Shown one piece after another: positions 1-11,800 of a stretch of DNA of 64,000 bases (position 1 is the stretch's first letter; each line of letters starts with the position of its first letter). This DNA comes from Selaginella moellendorffii (taxonomy: Eukaryota > Plantae > Lycopodiophyta): the NCBI RefSeq assembly GCF_000143415.4, contig NW_003314265.1, forward strand, positions 2,150,777-2,214,776, given 5' to 3'. The notes under the pieces were generated by a model that was not told the DNA's origin, did no database searches, and saw only the letters and a program-made list of their open reading frames with translations. A program made the position numbers and the translations under genes.

Positions 1-611
1 AACCAATGAAATCTTGGCTGTTGCCTGAGAAGGTCTAGATCACCTTGAGTCTCCTTCGAATCGTAAGTGGCTGAGAGGTGTTTTCCCTCATTGTCATGTG
101 CATAGGGAAACAAACGTCCATACGGGAATCGTGGTGCACACGAGAAAAACATTTGATAAAAGCCCTCATTAATAGACAGCATTTCTTGCGGGATAGTTTT
201 TCCTTGGAGCTGCAAGGCTGAGTTTCTTCACTGGTCCATGCAAGGGGTCTGTATGGTCGAGGCCAAACTGGCGAAGCTTAAGTGCGGCATCAAAAAGATA
301 ATGGTAGCATTCTGCCTTCTTCGCAAAAGATTAAGAGTCAAGCTGGAAAAAATACTATCACCTGAGTTTTAGCACAGAACCACGAGTCACCCCAAACGTG
401 ATCCCATGGTTTCTCACTAACGCTGCCGTCGTTCATGGATAAGCGGCACTCTTCCAGCAAAACACGAATAAGAAAGACAACAGTGAGAAACGAACGAGCT
501 TTTACTCACGGCTGCTGCTAAAGAATCCGTGAGCTCATATTCATATGCAGAGTTTTCAATGATCGGGACTACGAGTTAACCATGCCCTTCGATTCCTTTG
601 ATCATCTCCAT
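1..611 (-). pseudogene. DEP1: DEP1 (methylthioribulose-1-P dehydratase/enolase-phosphatase) pseudogene fragment
   Basis: Manual minus-strand translation gives MEMIKGIEGHG*, LVVPIIENSAYEYELTDSLAAA, LVRNHGI[frameshift][31 protein letters not shown] and LFPYAHDNEGKHLSATYDS. Short introns, a stop and a frameshift are present. Confidence 0.85.
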
Positions 612-924
612 GTCCACGACGGTGCGATGTATCGCCGGCTGAGATCCAGAAGCTGTGCAGGCACGCAACAGCAGCACGGAAGAGCCATCCAGCAGGCTGT
701 CCGATCAGCAGGATTCCTCGTCCCCTCCAGCTACGTTTTGGACTAATTCTCTTTTTGTCCTTATGGTACTTAGCTTACGTTTAGGGTTCATCGTTGATGT
801 ATACAATACTCAAACTTAGGGTTCATCGTTGATGAAGGGCTAGGGCGGTGGATGCCGCGGACGGGATGTCTTGGGGTTGGGGTCGCGACCCTTCCACTCT
901 GCCCATTGATCGGAGCTCCAGCTT

Positions 925-2797
925 CTCTCTCCACTCTCGCAAGGTAAGTTCGTTTAGATAGGGCTTTTCTTTGCGTTAGCAATAAGACAAAAGCGAAGCT
1001 GCTTGCAACGACCTAAGAGGTATGCTAGAGGCGATCAAGAAATCGTGTTGAAACTCTCAACGTTTGAAGACACCAGGTTCGCTCTTTCGATTGCAACGCA
1101 AAAGTGAGCCAGTGACACTACAAACAACTCAAACAAGCAAAGTGAAACAACGAGCCAAGGAACTCTCAACGCGAAGGATGTGGACAACGCTCTGTGAATA
1201 CAAACAAACTAGATCAACGACACTTAGTTCCATGTTGCCAGGTTCGCGTGTGTTTCGAAATTTCTTGTCATGAAGAAGCCAACATGTCGGTGCTGCTCAA
1301 CGACGATAAGAACTGAAAAACGCCTTGTCACAGCGTGTGCCAAGAAGAAAAATGCTACTAGATTGGAGAGATTTTGTGTCAACGTTTTGGAGAGATTGTC
1401 AGTGCTTTGAGTTATGTTGTTGCTGCGCTCAACGCAAGACCGGTGAGCTGAGAAACAACGTTGGGCATCTGCGATCTTCAGAACTTCAATCCAGCTGAAG
1501 ACGTACATGACAATGACAACAACAATCATGATCCGTCGCTGATCCTTGGCCGGACCGGTCAACTGCCGCACCTCTCCACCTCTCAAGGTAAGGGCTTTTC
1601 TTTGCGTTAGCAATAAGCAAGTAAGACAGAGATTTGCCAGGGACAAGAAAGCGAAGCTGCTAAGAGGTATGATAAACGATAAAAGAAAGGAGGCGATCAA
1701 GAATTCGTGTTGAAACTCTCAACATTTGAAGACACCAGGTTCCCTCTTTCTTTTCGATTGCAACACAAAAGGGAGCCAGTGCTAAGATGATGTGCTCAAA
1801 CAACTCAAACAAGCAAAGTGCAAAACAACGGGGATTTGTTCTAATTTCTTGTCATGAAGAAGCCAAGTGACAGCTCAATGACGATAAGACGTGTGCCAAG
1901 AAGAAAGATGCTACTAGATTGGAGAGATTTTGTATCAACGTTTTGGAGAGATTGTCAGTGCTTTGAGTTATGTTGTTGCTGCGCTCAACGCAAGACCTGC
2001 GAGCTGAGAAACAACGTTGGGCACCTGCAATCTTCAGAACTTCAATCCAGCTGAAGACATACATGACAATGGTCAAACCTCAATGAATACCTCAACGATC
2101 ATGATCCGTCGTTGATCCTGGACCAGCCCCTCCACCTCGCAAAGGTAAGTTTATTTATTTTTCTTTGTGTTGGCAATAAGCGAGTAAGACAACGAAACAA
2201 GAGAGACTTGCTGGAGACAAGAAAGCGAAGCTGCTTGCAACGAGCCAAGAGGTATCAACAATAAAAGAATTATCAACGATAAAAGAAAGGCTAGAGGCAT
2301 TCAAGAACTCGTGTTGAAACTCTCAACGTTTGAAGAATTCAGGTTTGCTCTTTCTTTTCAATTGAGAGTGCTGACAACGGGGTCAAGAAGATGCTATGCT
2401 CAACGCAAAAGGGAGCCACACAGTCAAGCTAAGATGATATGCTCAATCAAACAACTCAAACAAGCTAAGTGCAAAGCAACAGTTCAAGCAACTCTAAATG
2501 CGAAGGGAAATTTGTGAATACAAACAAAACTAACGATCATTAAAAGTTGATGATACTTAGCTTCAGGGTTTGCGTGTGTAAATTTGTTCTAATTTCTTGT
2601 CATGAAAAAAAACAAGTGACGTGATGGTAAGAACTAAAAAATGCTGTGTCCAAGAAGAAAAATGCTACGAGATTGGAGAGATTTAATTGTTGCTACGCTC
2701 AATGCAAGACCTGCGAGAAACAACGTTGGGCCAGAACTTCAATCCAGCTGAAGACGTACATTGACAATGGTCCAACCTCATTGAAAACAACGACCAT
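925..2797 (+). repeat. Three diverged tandem copies of a ~560-670 bp non-coding unit
   Basis: Units start near 925, 1571 and 2128 with ctccac..caaggtaag. All share gtgttgaaactctcaac, caaacaactcaaacaagc, ttcttgtcatga and gaacttcaatccagctgaagac. Confidence 0.85.
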
Positions 2798-3142
2798 GAA
2801 AACTCCAAAGTCAAAGGAATGTGCATAGCGTGAATTTACAACTCATATATTGGTTTGTCTAACTAGGATGTTTTCTGTTCAACGAAGTGGAAGTCGAAGT
2901 TTAAGAGCTATTTGTTCTAACCAAAATGTTTGTTCAAAGAACGCCAGGAGAGGCTTCAGTCTTCCAGGCTTTAGTTTTTTTTATGGTTTCCCTAACATCT
3001 TTTTGTTTTTGGAACGCTATGAGATTGCAACGGTAACGTTCCAGGGCTATCTAACGATGGGTAGGCAGTGGCAAAACGAGACGATCTATACAAGTGGTTT
3101 CCTTACATATACAAAGTTGCAAACATTTGTTTAGTAGTTATG

Positions 3143-3600
3143 TCAAAAAACATTCCCAGAGACGAGCTTCTGGAGGCTGTGGCAGCTACTCAAGAGCTCG
3201 TTAAACCTCTTGTAGCTGTCCGAGCTTGAAGACTTCGGGCTCGTCACTTCCAAGCCGATCCCTTCTGGCGTGAGCACGAGCAGCTTCGTGTCCTCTGTCC
3301 ACGGCCGAGGAATTTCTTCCAGTCCAATCGCTGCTGCCTGAGTATTTTCATCCAGCCTTGCCACTAGCTCGTCCAGTCGTGCCTCTGGCTCTGTCTGAGG
3401 GTTCTTCTTCGTCCCTGGCGTTCGGGAGTAGACTCAAAAGCTCGAGCTCATTTCCGCTTCTCAGGTACTCGAGCTCGTGCCTGACCATTGCGTCCTTTGG
3501 CTTTGAAGTTGCAGTATCACGGGCAGTCTCAGTCTCCTTGGTGTACTGCTGGTTGTATGTCTCCACAAAACTCACAACCTTTTCCTGGATCAACTCGGGG
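3143..3600 (-). pseudogene. Unidentified degenerate coding-like fragment
   Basis: Two overlapping frame-shifted ORFs (3348-3593, 3143-3364) with protein-like composition. No family recognised. Confidence 0.25.
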
Positions 3601-3997
3601 ATGTGGCCACCTTGGAGGCGAGACGCAAACGTGAGACTCTTTTTGTAGTCCCCTACCTCGTCTCTGTGAAAGGGAGAGGCTCGCTGTTAAGACGCATCAG
3701 CTTCTTCCAAACACCCGACGCCAGTTTGCCAGGATCGCTCGCTGGGTGCAACATGGCTAGCCTCCGGTTCTTCATAGCTCAGGTACACTTCCAGCGGAGC
3801 AAGTAGAGACTTGTATTCAATGGTTTTGTATGACATAAACTGGTTTACTCTGCCTTCTACACCTCTTGCATACTTTGAAAACTGTTAATGGTCAAAGGCA
3901 TGAATAAAGACCATTAGCCAGGAATTTTTTGACTCGACTATAATGAAGATAAATGGCCATGTGGTGTGCTACCAAAAGGCTGGGCAGGTTCCTTTGA

Positions 3998-4338
3998 TCA
4001 AAGCGCTGACAATCTCTCCAAAACGTTGCTAACCTAGTATGGCACACGCTGTGACATGTCGTTTTTCAGTTCTTATCGTCGTTGAGCAAAACCAGCATGT
4101 CACTTGGCTTCTTCATGACAAGCAATTAGAACAAATCGAAAGACACGAGAACCTGGCAACGTAAACCTAAGTATTGTTGATTGTTCATATTCGTCCACAT
4201 CAGTGAGTTCGCGTTGAGAGTTGGCCCGTTGTTTTGCAGTGTCACTGGCTCCTTTTTGCGTTGCAATCGAAAAGAAAGAGCGAACCTAGTGTGAGAGTTT
4301 CAACACAAATTCTTGATCCCCTCTAGCCTTTCTTTTAT
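3998..4338 (-). repeat. Inverted partial copy of the 925-2797 repeat unit
   Basis: tcaaagcgctgacaatctctccaaaacgttg and gagagtttcaacac..tcttgatcccctctagcctttcttttat are reverse complements of unit blocks. Confidence 0.85.
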
Positions 4339-4609
4339 GGCATTGGATTAGGCAGCGAGGATCATGTTGAGAGTCCAAAGACCGCGAGAAATCAATCTGC
4401 CAGCGATTAGGGCGTGGAACAAACTAATTTACTCTCCTACAGCTGACGATGCCACTCATGAAGAGCAGCACCTCCAAAAACTAAAGTAGCCTTCGTGCAT
4501 TCATTTCTTTCGTGATGAAAACCACAGAAACAGGGCCCATACATCTTTAGACCATGGAGTCAAGGGGACCATTCGCCACTCTTATTTGAAGCTCCCGTGC
4601 GGAGAGGAA

Positions 4610-6039
4610 CTAGCAGTCCAGGGTTGTAAACCTCGCAAAGAGCTCGCTTTGCAGCAGCCTCTTCATCTGCTCCACGAGCAGCATCACCACAATCCGGCGC
4701 TCTCGCATCCCGCCCTGGGGCATGGGAAGTAGCACCACCACCCCGTTGCCATACCACGGCTCCAGCACCATCGAGAAGTGGGCCGGCCGCCCCCCAAACT
4801 CAAACTCGTACACCGGGAATGAGTGCAAGCTGACACTGAAGATCCCCATCCCGGTGCTGGGTGGCAGGACGTTGAGCCCGATATCATGACTCAGCACGCC
4901 ACGGAGGAAGCGAGGAGTGAGCGTGGCAAAGGGGCAACCACGTAAGAGTGAGGGGTGCTGTATTATGCATTTCTTCCTCATGGCCCTTGCGCAGCGTCTC
5001 CTCCATCCAGTCGATGGTAGACTGGATCCTCTCCTGGCCTACGTTGCGGACATCCTCGTGGAAGAGCCGCGCGGTGTGGGAGATGTGCTTGTTCTTGAGA
5101 TCGCCCACGGCGCACGGCAGGCAGAGCGTGAAGGAGGAGGTGCCGCAGTACTCGCTCGGCATCGGTGATGCACTTCCAGACGAGAGCCGAGACGGCCTCG
5201 AAGGAGGTCGAAGGCTGCTGCCGTATGCGAACGGGCCAGACGCGATCTCGTGCTTGAGCTCCGCGAGCTGCTGCTCGTTCATGTGGAATGCCCGGACGTG
5301 GTAACTGGGCTTGAAGTCCTGGGCGGCCTTGTCCATCTCCTCGGCGATGGCGGGGGTCACAGCAACGAAGTCCCGGACCGGCACGGTGACGCTGGGCGGA
5401 TCCCACGCCTTGAGGAGGCTGGAGTCGAAGCTGGGCGGTGGATTCGGCGGTGGGAATCCCCGGTGGAGCTCCGACCAGGCCTTGAGGAAGGGGAAGACCG
5501 AGGAGCCGTCCAGGAGGGTGTGGCTGGTGACGAGGCCCAGAGCTATCCCGCCACACCGGAACTTGGTCACCTGGGAGAGTAGTCAAAGCCGATCAAAGCC
5601 GGTCAAAGGACTTACCTGAACTTTGAGCTGAGGGAAGTTCTCCGGATCGGTGATCGCGGTCTGGGCCGGGTTGAGCTCCTGCCCGATGGAGCACTGCTTC
5701 ATGGAATTGCCCCAGTCGCCGAAGCTCGCATCGGTGAAGGCCACCACGAACTCGATGCCACGGTCGTTGCAGTCGAGGATGGGACGGTCGAGGCCGGTGA
5801 TTCTGGGCCTCCCGGCTAGCGGATAGTACGGGACGAGGATCCGGGAGAGCGAGTCCTTCAAACTCGCCACCAGTGAATCGAAAGAGCTTATGTGGTCCAG
5901 AGCAGCTGGGTAGTAGTAAACTTGCTTGAGATAGTTCTCGGCCAGGACCTGGATTTGGAAGTTGCAAAGCCAGAGTGCAGAGCTGCGGTGTTGGGACCGC
6001 TGGAACGATCGTCGACACGGACTCTACGCGCACAACCAT
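4610..6039 (-). pseudogene. BAHD acyltransferase pseudogene
   Basis: MVVRVESVSTIVPAVPTP, LKDSLSRILVPYYPLAGR, PQLKVQ|VTKFRCGG, HTLLDG (HXXXD) and a DFGWG-like YEFEFGGRP. Intron 5571-5615, frameshifts near 5980 and 5215, a deletion near 5155, and an 89-bp insertion. Confidence 0.9.
4884..4982. mobile_element. 89-bp insertion (4889-4977) flanked by TCATG direct repeats
   Basis: TCATG at 4884-4888 and 4978-4982. Removing the insert plus one repeat restores the frame (LRKGHDIGLNV). Confidence 0.7.
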
Positions 6040-6099
6040 CTTTGCAACCAAAGATGAAATCCACAAAAACCACAAAAACACTCAAGAGAGGGAGAAAGA

Positions 6100-6299
6100 A
6101 TCCCACTTTTGATGCATGATTGACATGGCGGCTTCACACACTGCAGGAGGGCTGCATAGGGGCGGACCAGATTGGTGGAGATGGTGGTCTTGCCTGAGGC
6201 AGTGTGGCCGCACATGAACAGCTTGGCAATTGATGGTGTGACTAGAGCGCTTTTTGCAAGAACGGGGCTCTTCTGAAATAGAGCATTCCTGTACTTCAT
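6100..6299 (-). pseudogene. Roco copy 1, Roc P-loop remnant downstream of the LTR insertion
   Basis: KYRNALFQKSPVLAKSALVTPSIAKLFMCGHTASGKTTISTNLVR, near-identical to 24900-25100. Confidence 0.9.
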
Positions 6300-6594
6300 T
6301 GTAGCAACCAAAAACCCAAGTTCAGGGGACTCTGACTTTGAACCCAGGGCTGCATTGGAGCCATAGATTAAATCATGCACAGCATATAGTATATGCTAGT
6401 AGTTAGAACCACTAGCCTTTCAAAAGGGGGAATCTGAATTATGGATCCCTATCTCCATTCCATCGTTTTTTTTATCAATACACAGCATTCTTTTACTCGT
6501 GCTTCTTCTCTGCCCTTGGAGATTGGGCTCTTTTCTCTTTTGTTTTCTTACTAACAATAGATTTCCAGTGAAGAGGAGTTTTCACACCTCTTCA
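6300..6594 (+). repeat. 5' LTR
   Basis: TGTAGCAACC...CTCTTCA; 11 differences from the 3' LTR by manual comparison. Confidence 0.95.
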
Positions 6595-6762
6595 TTTGGC
6601 AACCACGGCTTCTGAATTCCCCTTCAGGTTCACAAATTCTTCCATTTTTTTTCTCCCTTCTCTGTGCGCAGATAGCAAGAACGATCCAGAAATCTACCCA
6701 TCTCGCTCAAATTCGCCCAAATTACGCCCTAATTCGTACATTCACCCAAATTCAACACGCAA

Positions 6763-8870
6763 ATGCCACTGCCACCATGGATCAACGGCGTCCAAGCGGT
6801 TGCTGCCCAACGCAGTAAAGACAGACACTTTCCAGAGGAGATCTTTGAAGAATCTGCAAGCTCTCTCTCAAGATCTCCAAGTCCAATCACCGACGGAGAA
6901 CACCAACGACTCTCTTTGACAAGAAACTCCAATCTACCAGCACCTTCATCAGCGAACGCCCTCAGCAGCTTCATTGGCAAACTCCATCTCCGAGCACAAG
7001 ACCACCCACTCCAAGCTCGAGACATCAACCAGCGCCCTCGACACAAACCGACACCACTACCGAAACGAACCCATCTTCCGTGCAGTCGTCGACCCAGCAA
7101 TCCTAGCGTTCCGACAGAATTCCAATTCCTGCACCCACTCCAAATACCGAAGCACATCCTCAAAACCTACACCAACGACGAACCCATCACTCTGTTACCC
7201 GGTATCGGACAACTTGTTGAGGGACAACTTCACAACGCACCACTGATTTTTCAACAACCCTTCCGACAAAGTCAGCAGCTCAGCACTGAAACAACAGTCC
7301 GAACTCGGTTCGAAATCAACACGTTCGCTGCAACAACTCTCGCCAATCACGCCATCGCCCAATCCAGACTCGAACAACTCGACGACATTATCGAAGAAAT
7401 CATTCCAGACAAACCCGAATATCCGAAACTCTTCATTGAACTCCATCTCGGCACCAACAAGTGGAAGACCAGTTTGCATACTGCACCAGCACACTCGAAC
7501 CAACACAACTCGGCTGAACACAACCCAACCCAACACGCACCACCGTCGATATTTGCACTGAAAAGAAAGAACAAGCTCACAACGACTTTATCGAGAATTG
7601 GCCCACCGACAGTCTTCCCGAAGTTCTGCCCAAACTGCATGATTGACTGCAGACACGAATCTGACACCAACAACCAGTAGAAGAATGCATGTATCCAAAA
7701 CCACAAAGAACATCCAGCAAGTTGGAAGAAGACCGACAACGGCTTATCCGACATTTAGATAGAGATTTGAAGAACTTAGAAACAAAGAGAAAGAAAGACC
7801 AAGAGAAGTTGAATCAAGTTGTTAGACCCTCCAAGAGAGAGAATTACATCTGACACGAATTATTACCGCGAGCTAACTCCGACGAACTAGTATCGGACAT
7901 CCGCGAAGAATACGACAACTACACAACACCACCGGACACACCACCGGCAGCACCCTCGACGGCACCCACCGAAGTGCCCGAGCCTGAATCACCACCCTCG
8001 ACGGCACCCACCAAAGTGCCCGAGCCCGACCGAACATTCGAGTAGTCGACACAGACTACGCCCGAGCAACAAAACATTTTTCAAGCAGCATACAACCACT
8101 TCAAAGGTACATTCACCAACCCCATCTACAGTGACGACGAACGACCAAGTTTCCCGCCCACCTTCACAGACTTCACCAGACCAGCACCATTTTTGCCATA
8201 CCGACCAATCGTCACAACATCAATATATCCCACATTTGCTTCCAACATCTACCGAAGCCCGCTATCAGCAAGACCTTTCGAACACGCTTTTGACTTCAAC
8301 ACGCCGACGAGACAACAACTCGGCTTCACCAATTACAGTCGCACTCCGATATACCCAGTCAACAGCAGTAAAGACGAACAACCCGAATCGTCCAATAGTC
8401 AAGCACTTGACGTCAACAACTCACACCGAACTGCCGAACAGCTACAATCATACAACAACAACGAGATCGACGAACCAATTGTCGACGACAATAATCTTCC
8501 ACAACAACCATAGTCACCACACAACTATACATTCGAAGAACTCTTTGACAATTTAGAAGAACAACCACAACCAACACAACATAACTCCGACAAGTACGTC
8601 GACAACAAGTTCAAGCACCATCTTCCGAAAATCAACACCGGCAAGCAACCCAACACCAACGACGACGTCGACGACACACCCGAAAACAGTCCCAACATAG
8701 AAGAACAAATAGAGAAGAGTCCACTAAACAACAACAACAATTCACCACCTTCCTCTTACACCAACTTTGCCGTCGACCCCGACAACCCCTTGCTACAAAT
8801 CACTTTAGCACTCCACAGTGACAACCTGACAAAACAACCTCGACAATACCGACATTACTACCAACAGCAA
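6763..8870 (+). pseudogene. Long extra 5' ORF or gag N-terminal extension of the retroelement
   Basis: ORF 6763-7680, then after a frameshift a frame running through 8193-8513 and 8790 into gag, broken only by isolated TGA/TAG codons. Contains a PSTAPT(E/K)VPEP duplication at ~7951-8027. Confidence 0.6.
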
Positions 8871-11800
8871 ATGGCAGTCACTACCGCCGTCGCCAACATA
8901 CTTGTCGGAAGACACGTCTCCTATCCACTATTTCATGGTCTGAAGTCAGAAGACGCCAAGAAACATGTTGAACAGTTCCAAGAAGCAATCTGAATCAATG
9001 GCCAGACGACCGAACTTCCATACTACTTCCGATGTACCCTTCGAAAGAGAGCCAACGAATGGGCTCAAACACTTCCTCAAAATACAAGTTTCGACGACCT
9101 CGCACTCAAGCTCGTAGACCGATGTGAGTCTTCCCTCACTCAAAGCCAACGACTTCACAAGATCCAAAAACTCAAGCAGAAGTCTGGTCAATCCATCGAC
9201 GACTACACTCAAACCTTCACTCGACATGCCAGCAAATGCAGCAACAGTGCCACCGAAACATTACTTTACCAATGGTACATGCAAGGCCTCCGACGATCCC
9301 TCCGAGAAGCGGCAACACACATCAAGAGCCCTTCAAGATGTTCAAGCTCGACAAATGACAGCACAAGTAGATGACACGGATAACTCAGATTCTGATAGCA
9401 GTTCCAACAACGACTCCGATGATGAACTCGGAGAGAGCACCAAGTCAAAACTTCGGAAACTTACGAAAACAATCGACAAGCTCAAGGGAAAAGCCAAGGC
9501 CGACATCAAAGAATTTCGATCTGGAATTTGGTGTACTAAGTGCAAGAACGAAGGACATCCGGCAAGTGACTGCAAGCTCCAAATCTCCAAATGCCAGATC
9601 TGTACCAAAGAAGGTCATGACACCAAGACTTGCAGATTTCAAAATTCTCCAGAAGTTCGACAAGTCTTGAACTATCCCCGACAGCAGTTTCGACAACCAT
9701 ATCCAAATCAATACTTCGACAATTACCAGGCACAACCTCCGACAAACTGGAGACTGCCAAGAAACAACTTCCAACACCAGAGTCGACAATGGAATGATCA
9801 ACCTCGCTATAACAACTATAACAATTACAACAACGACTACAACAACAACAACAACAATCGACAACACCCGCCGAACCGGAACTACCCAGCAAACCAAGAC
9901 AACTACAACCAAGGATACCAACAATACCCAAGATACCAAGGCCAAGGTTATCAAGACCAGGCCTACCAAGGCAACTACAACAACCGACCATGGCAACCTC
10001 GACTTCAAAACCAAGGCGGTCCGCCGAGACTTGGTCCACCGCCTCCTCGACAACAAGATCAGAACCAGCAGCAACCACCAACAACAAGGATGGTCGAGAC
10101 TGATGAACTACCTTATGCCGACAATGACGACTCAGATCCTCAAGTCATGGCAGTACAAACCCAAGCACAAATTCGAGCAGAAAAACAACAACAACCGGAT
10201 AGAGATTCCGGAGATAGTGAAGAGAAAGGCCCTGAGAGCCCGACAAAACTTCGAGAATGGAAAAAGAAGCAGAAGTTAGCTGCTAAGATATAGCAGCAAC
10301 TGGCTCTACAACCACCCGAATTAGTGATTTTAGACTTCGACAATGAAGCTCAACCATCACCAGCTCGACAACAATGCCAAGACTCAATACTAGAAAACGG
10401 ACAGACAAATCATCCAACATGAACACCGACACCAGAACACAATTCGGCAAACTTTGACAAAATCCAAGCAGTCGCAGAGACTATCCTCAACCAAAATATT
10501 CAGATCACCATCGGCCAACTGCTGAAGATTGCACCCTACCTCACCAAACAGCTCACCGATCTGACATCTGCACCGACCAACACTTTGATAGACTCGCCCA
10601 CACTCAACTCGACACAGACAGCTGTTGACACATTTCGAACCGAGATTCAACCAGGCGATTGTGACAATGATGTTCCGACAATCGACCTACGACTCGACAA
10701 ACATCTTGTTCGAGGAGCCATAATTGATGGCGGCTCCAGCGTTAATATTATTGAAGAAAGTCTTGTTCAACAACTCAACATCGGCCCAGTTCACCCAGCA
10801 CCTTTCAATGTCCGAATGGCCGACCACCGATCTGTTCAACCCAAAGGCATCATCCGAAAAGTCAACACCACCATTCAAGGCGTCGAAATACCAGTCAACT
10901 ATGGTGTCCTCAAACTACCGGAGCAGACTGATGGATACTCGATTCTCCTCGGTCGACCTTGGCTCCGAACTGCCCAAGTTTATCAAGATTGGCCCAATGA
11001 CAATCTTATCCTTCGAGGACCGGACGGACCGACAACCGTGTCGACAACAGCGATCAAATCGCTGTCCAGCCACAACCGACCTATTTACTTGGAAGAATAT
11101 AATCTCGAAGATGGCCTCGACGACTATGAAGAACAACAAATTCTCAAAGCCTACCCCGATCTCGAACCTTTGGCTGAGATCGACCTCTTCCGAATTGTCG
11201 CCGACTTCCAACGAGAACGACCCCCGATTACATCAGCACTGAAAAATCCAGTCACTCGAGATACAAAACTCGAAGCACCACCGGCATTCACAGTCGACAA
11301 CCACAACAAAGTTGCCTACATTCCATCAATTCCAGCAGACCAAAAACTTGAAAAAGTCAGCCTTGCCGACGACGGCAACGAACACTATATTGTACTCGCC
11401 ACTGACATCTCGGCAAGTTTTCGAGACAAAGGCATCAATCTTCTCCGAAAGAAGAAACACTTGTTCGCTTGGAGTTATCGAGACCTTAAGGGAATTTCGC
11501 CAAAACTCAGCCTTCACACCATCACCTTTCTTCCAGACTCAAAACCAAGAAGACAAGCAGCCTACCGGATGAATCCGAATCTGATGGAACAAGTAAAGAA
11601 AGAACTCGACAAGCTTCTCCAAGTTGAGTACATCTACCCGATTCAGAATCTGATATGGCTTTCACCACTAGTGGTTGTGCCCAAGAAAAATGGCAAACTT
11701 CGAATCTGCGTCAACTATAAACATCTCAATGACGCCACCGAAAAAGATGTCTTCCCAATACCATTTACCGACGAAGTTCTTGACGCAGTCGCCGGACACG

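Noticed and set aside
925-2797. Repeat array as CRISPR or as coding ORFs (e.g. 1224-1700)
   Set aside because: No constant repeat/unique spacer structure, and frames are not preserved among copies.
4889-4977. BAHD insertion as an intron or solo LTR
   Set aside because: No GT..AG placement restores the frame, and there are no TG..CA termini.
6024-6299. In-frame Roco-BAHD fusion protein
   Set aside because: Neither the present nor the repaired Roco frame matches the BAHD ATG frame.
9445-10087. Hydrophobic or Cys-rich antisense ORFs and AAC runs
   Set aside because: They are the reverse complement of the N/Q-rich gag region, not membrane proteins or an independent satellite.
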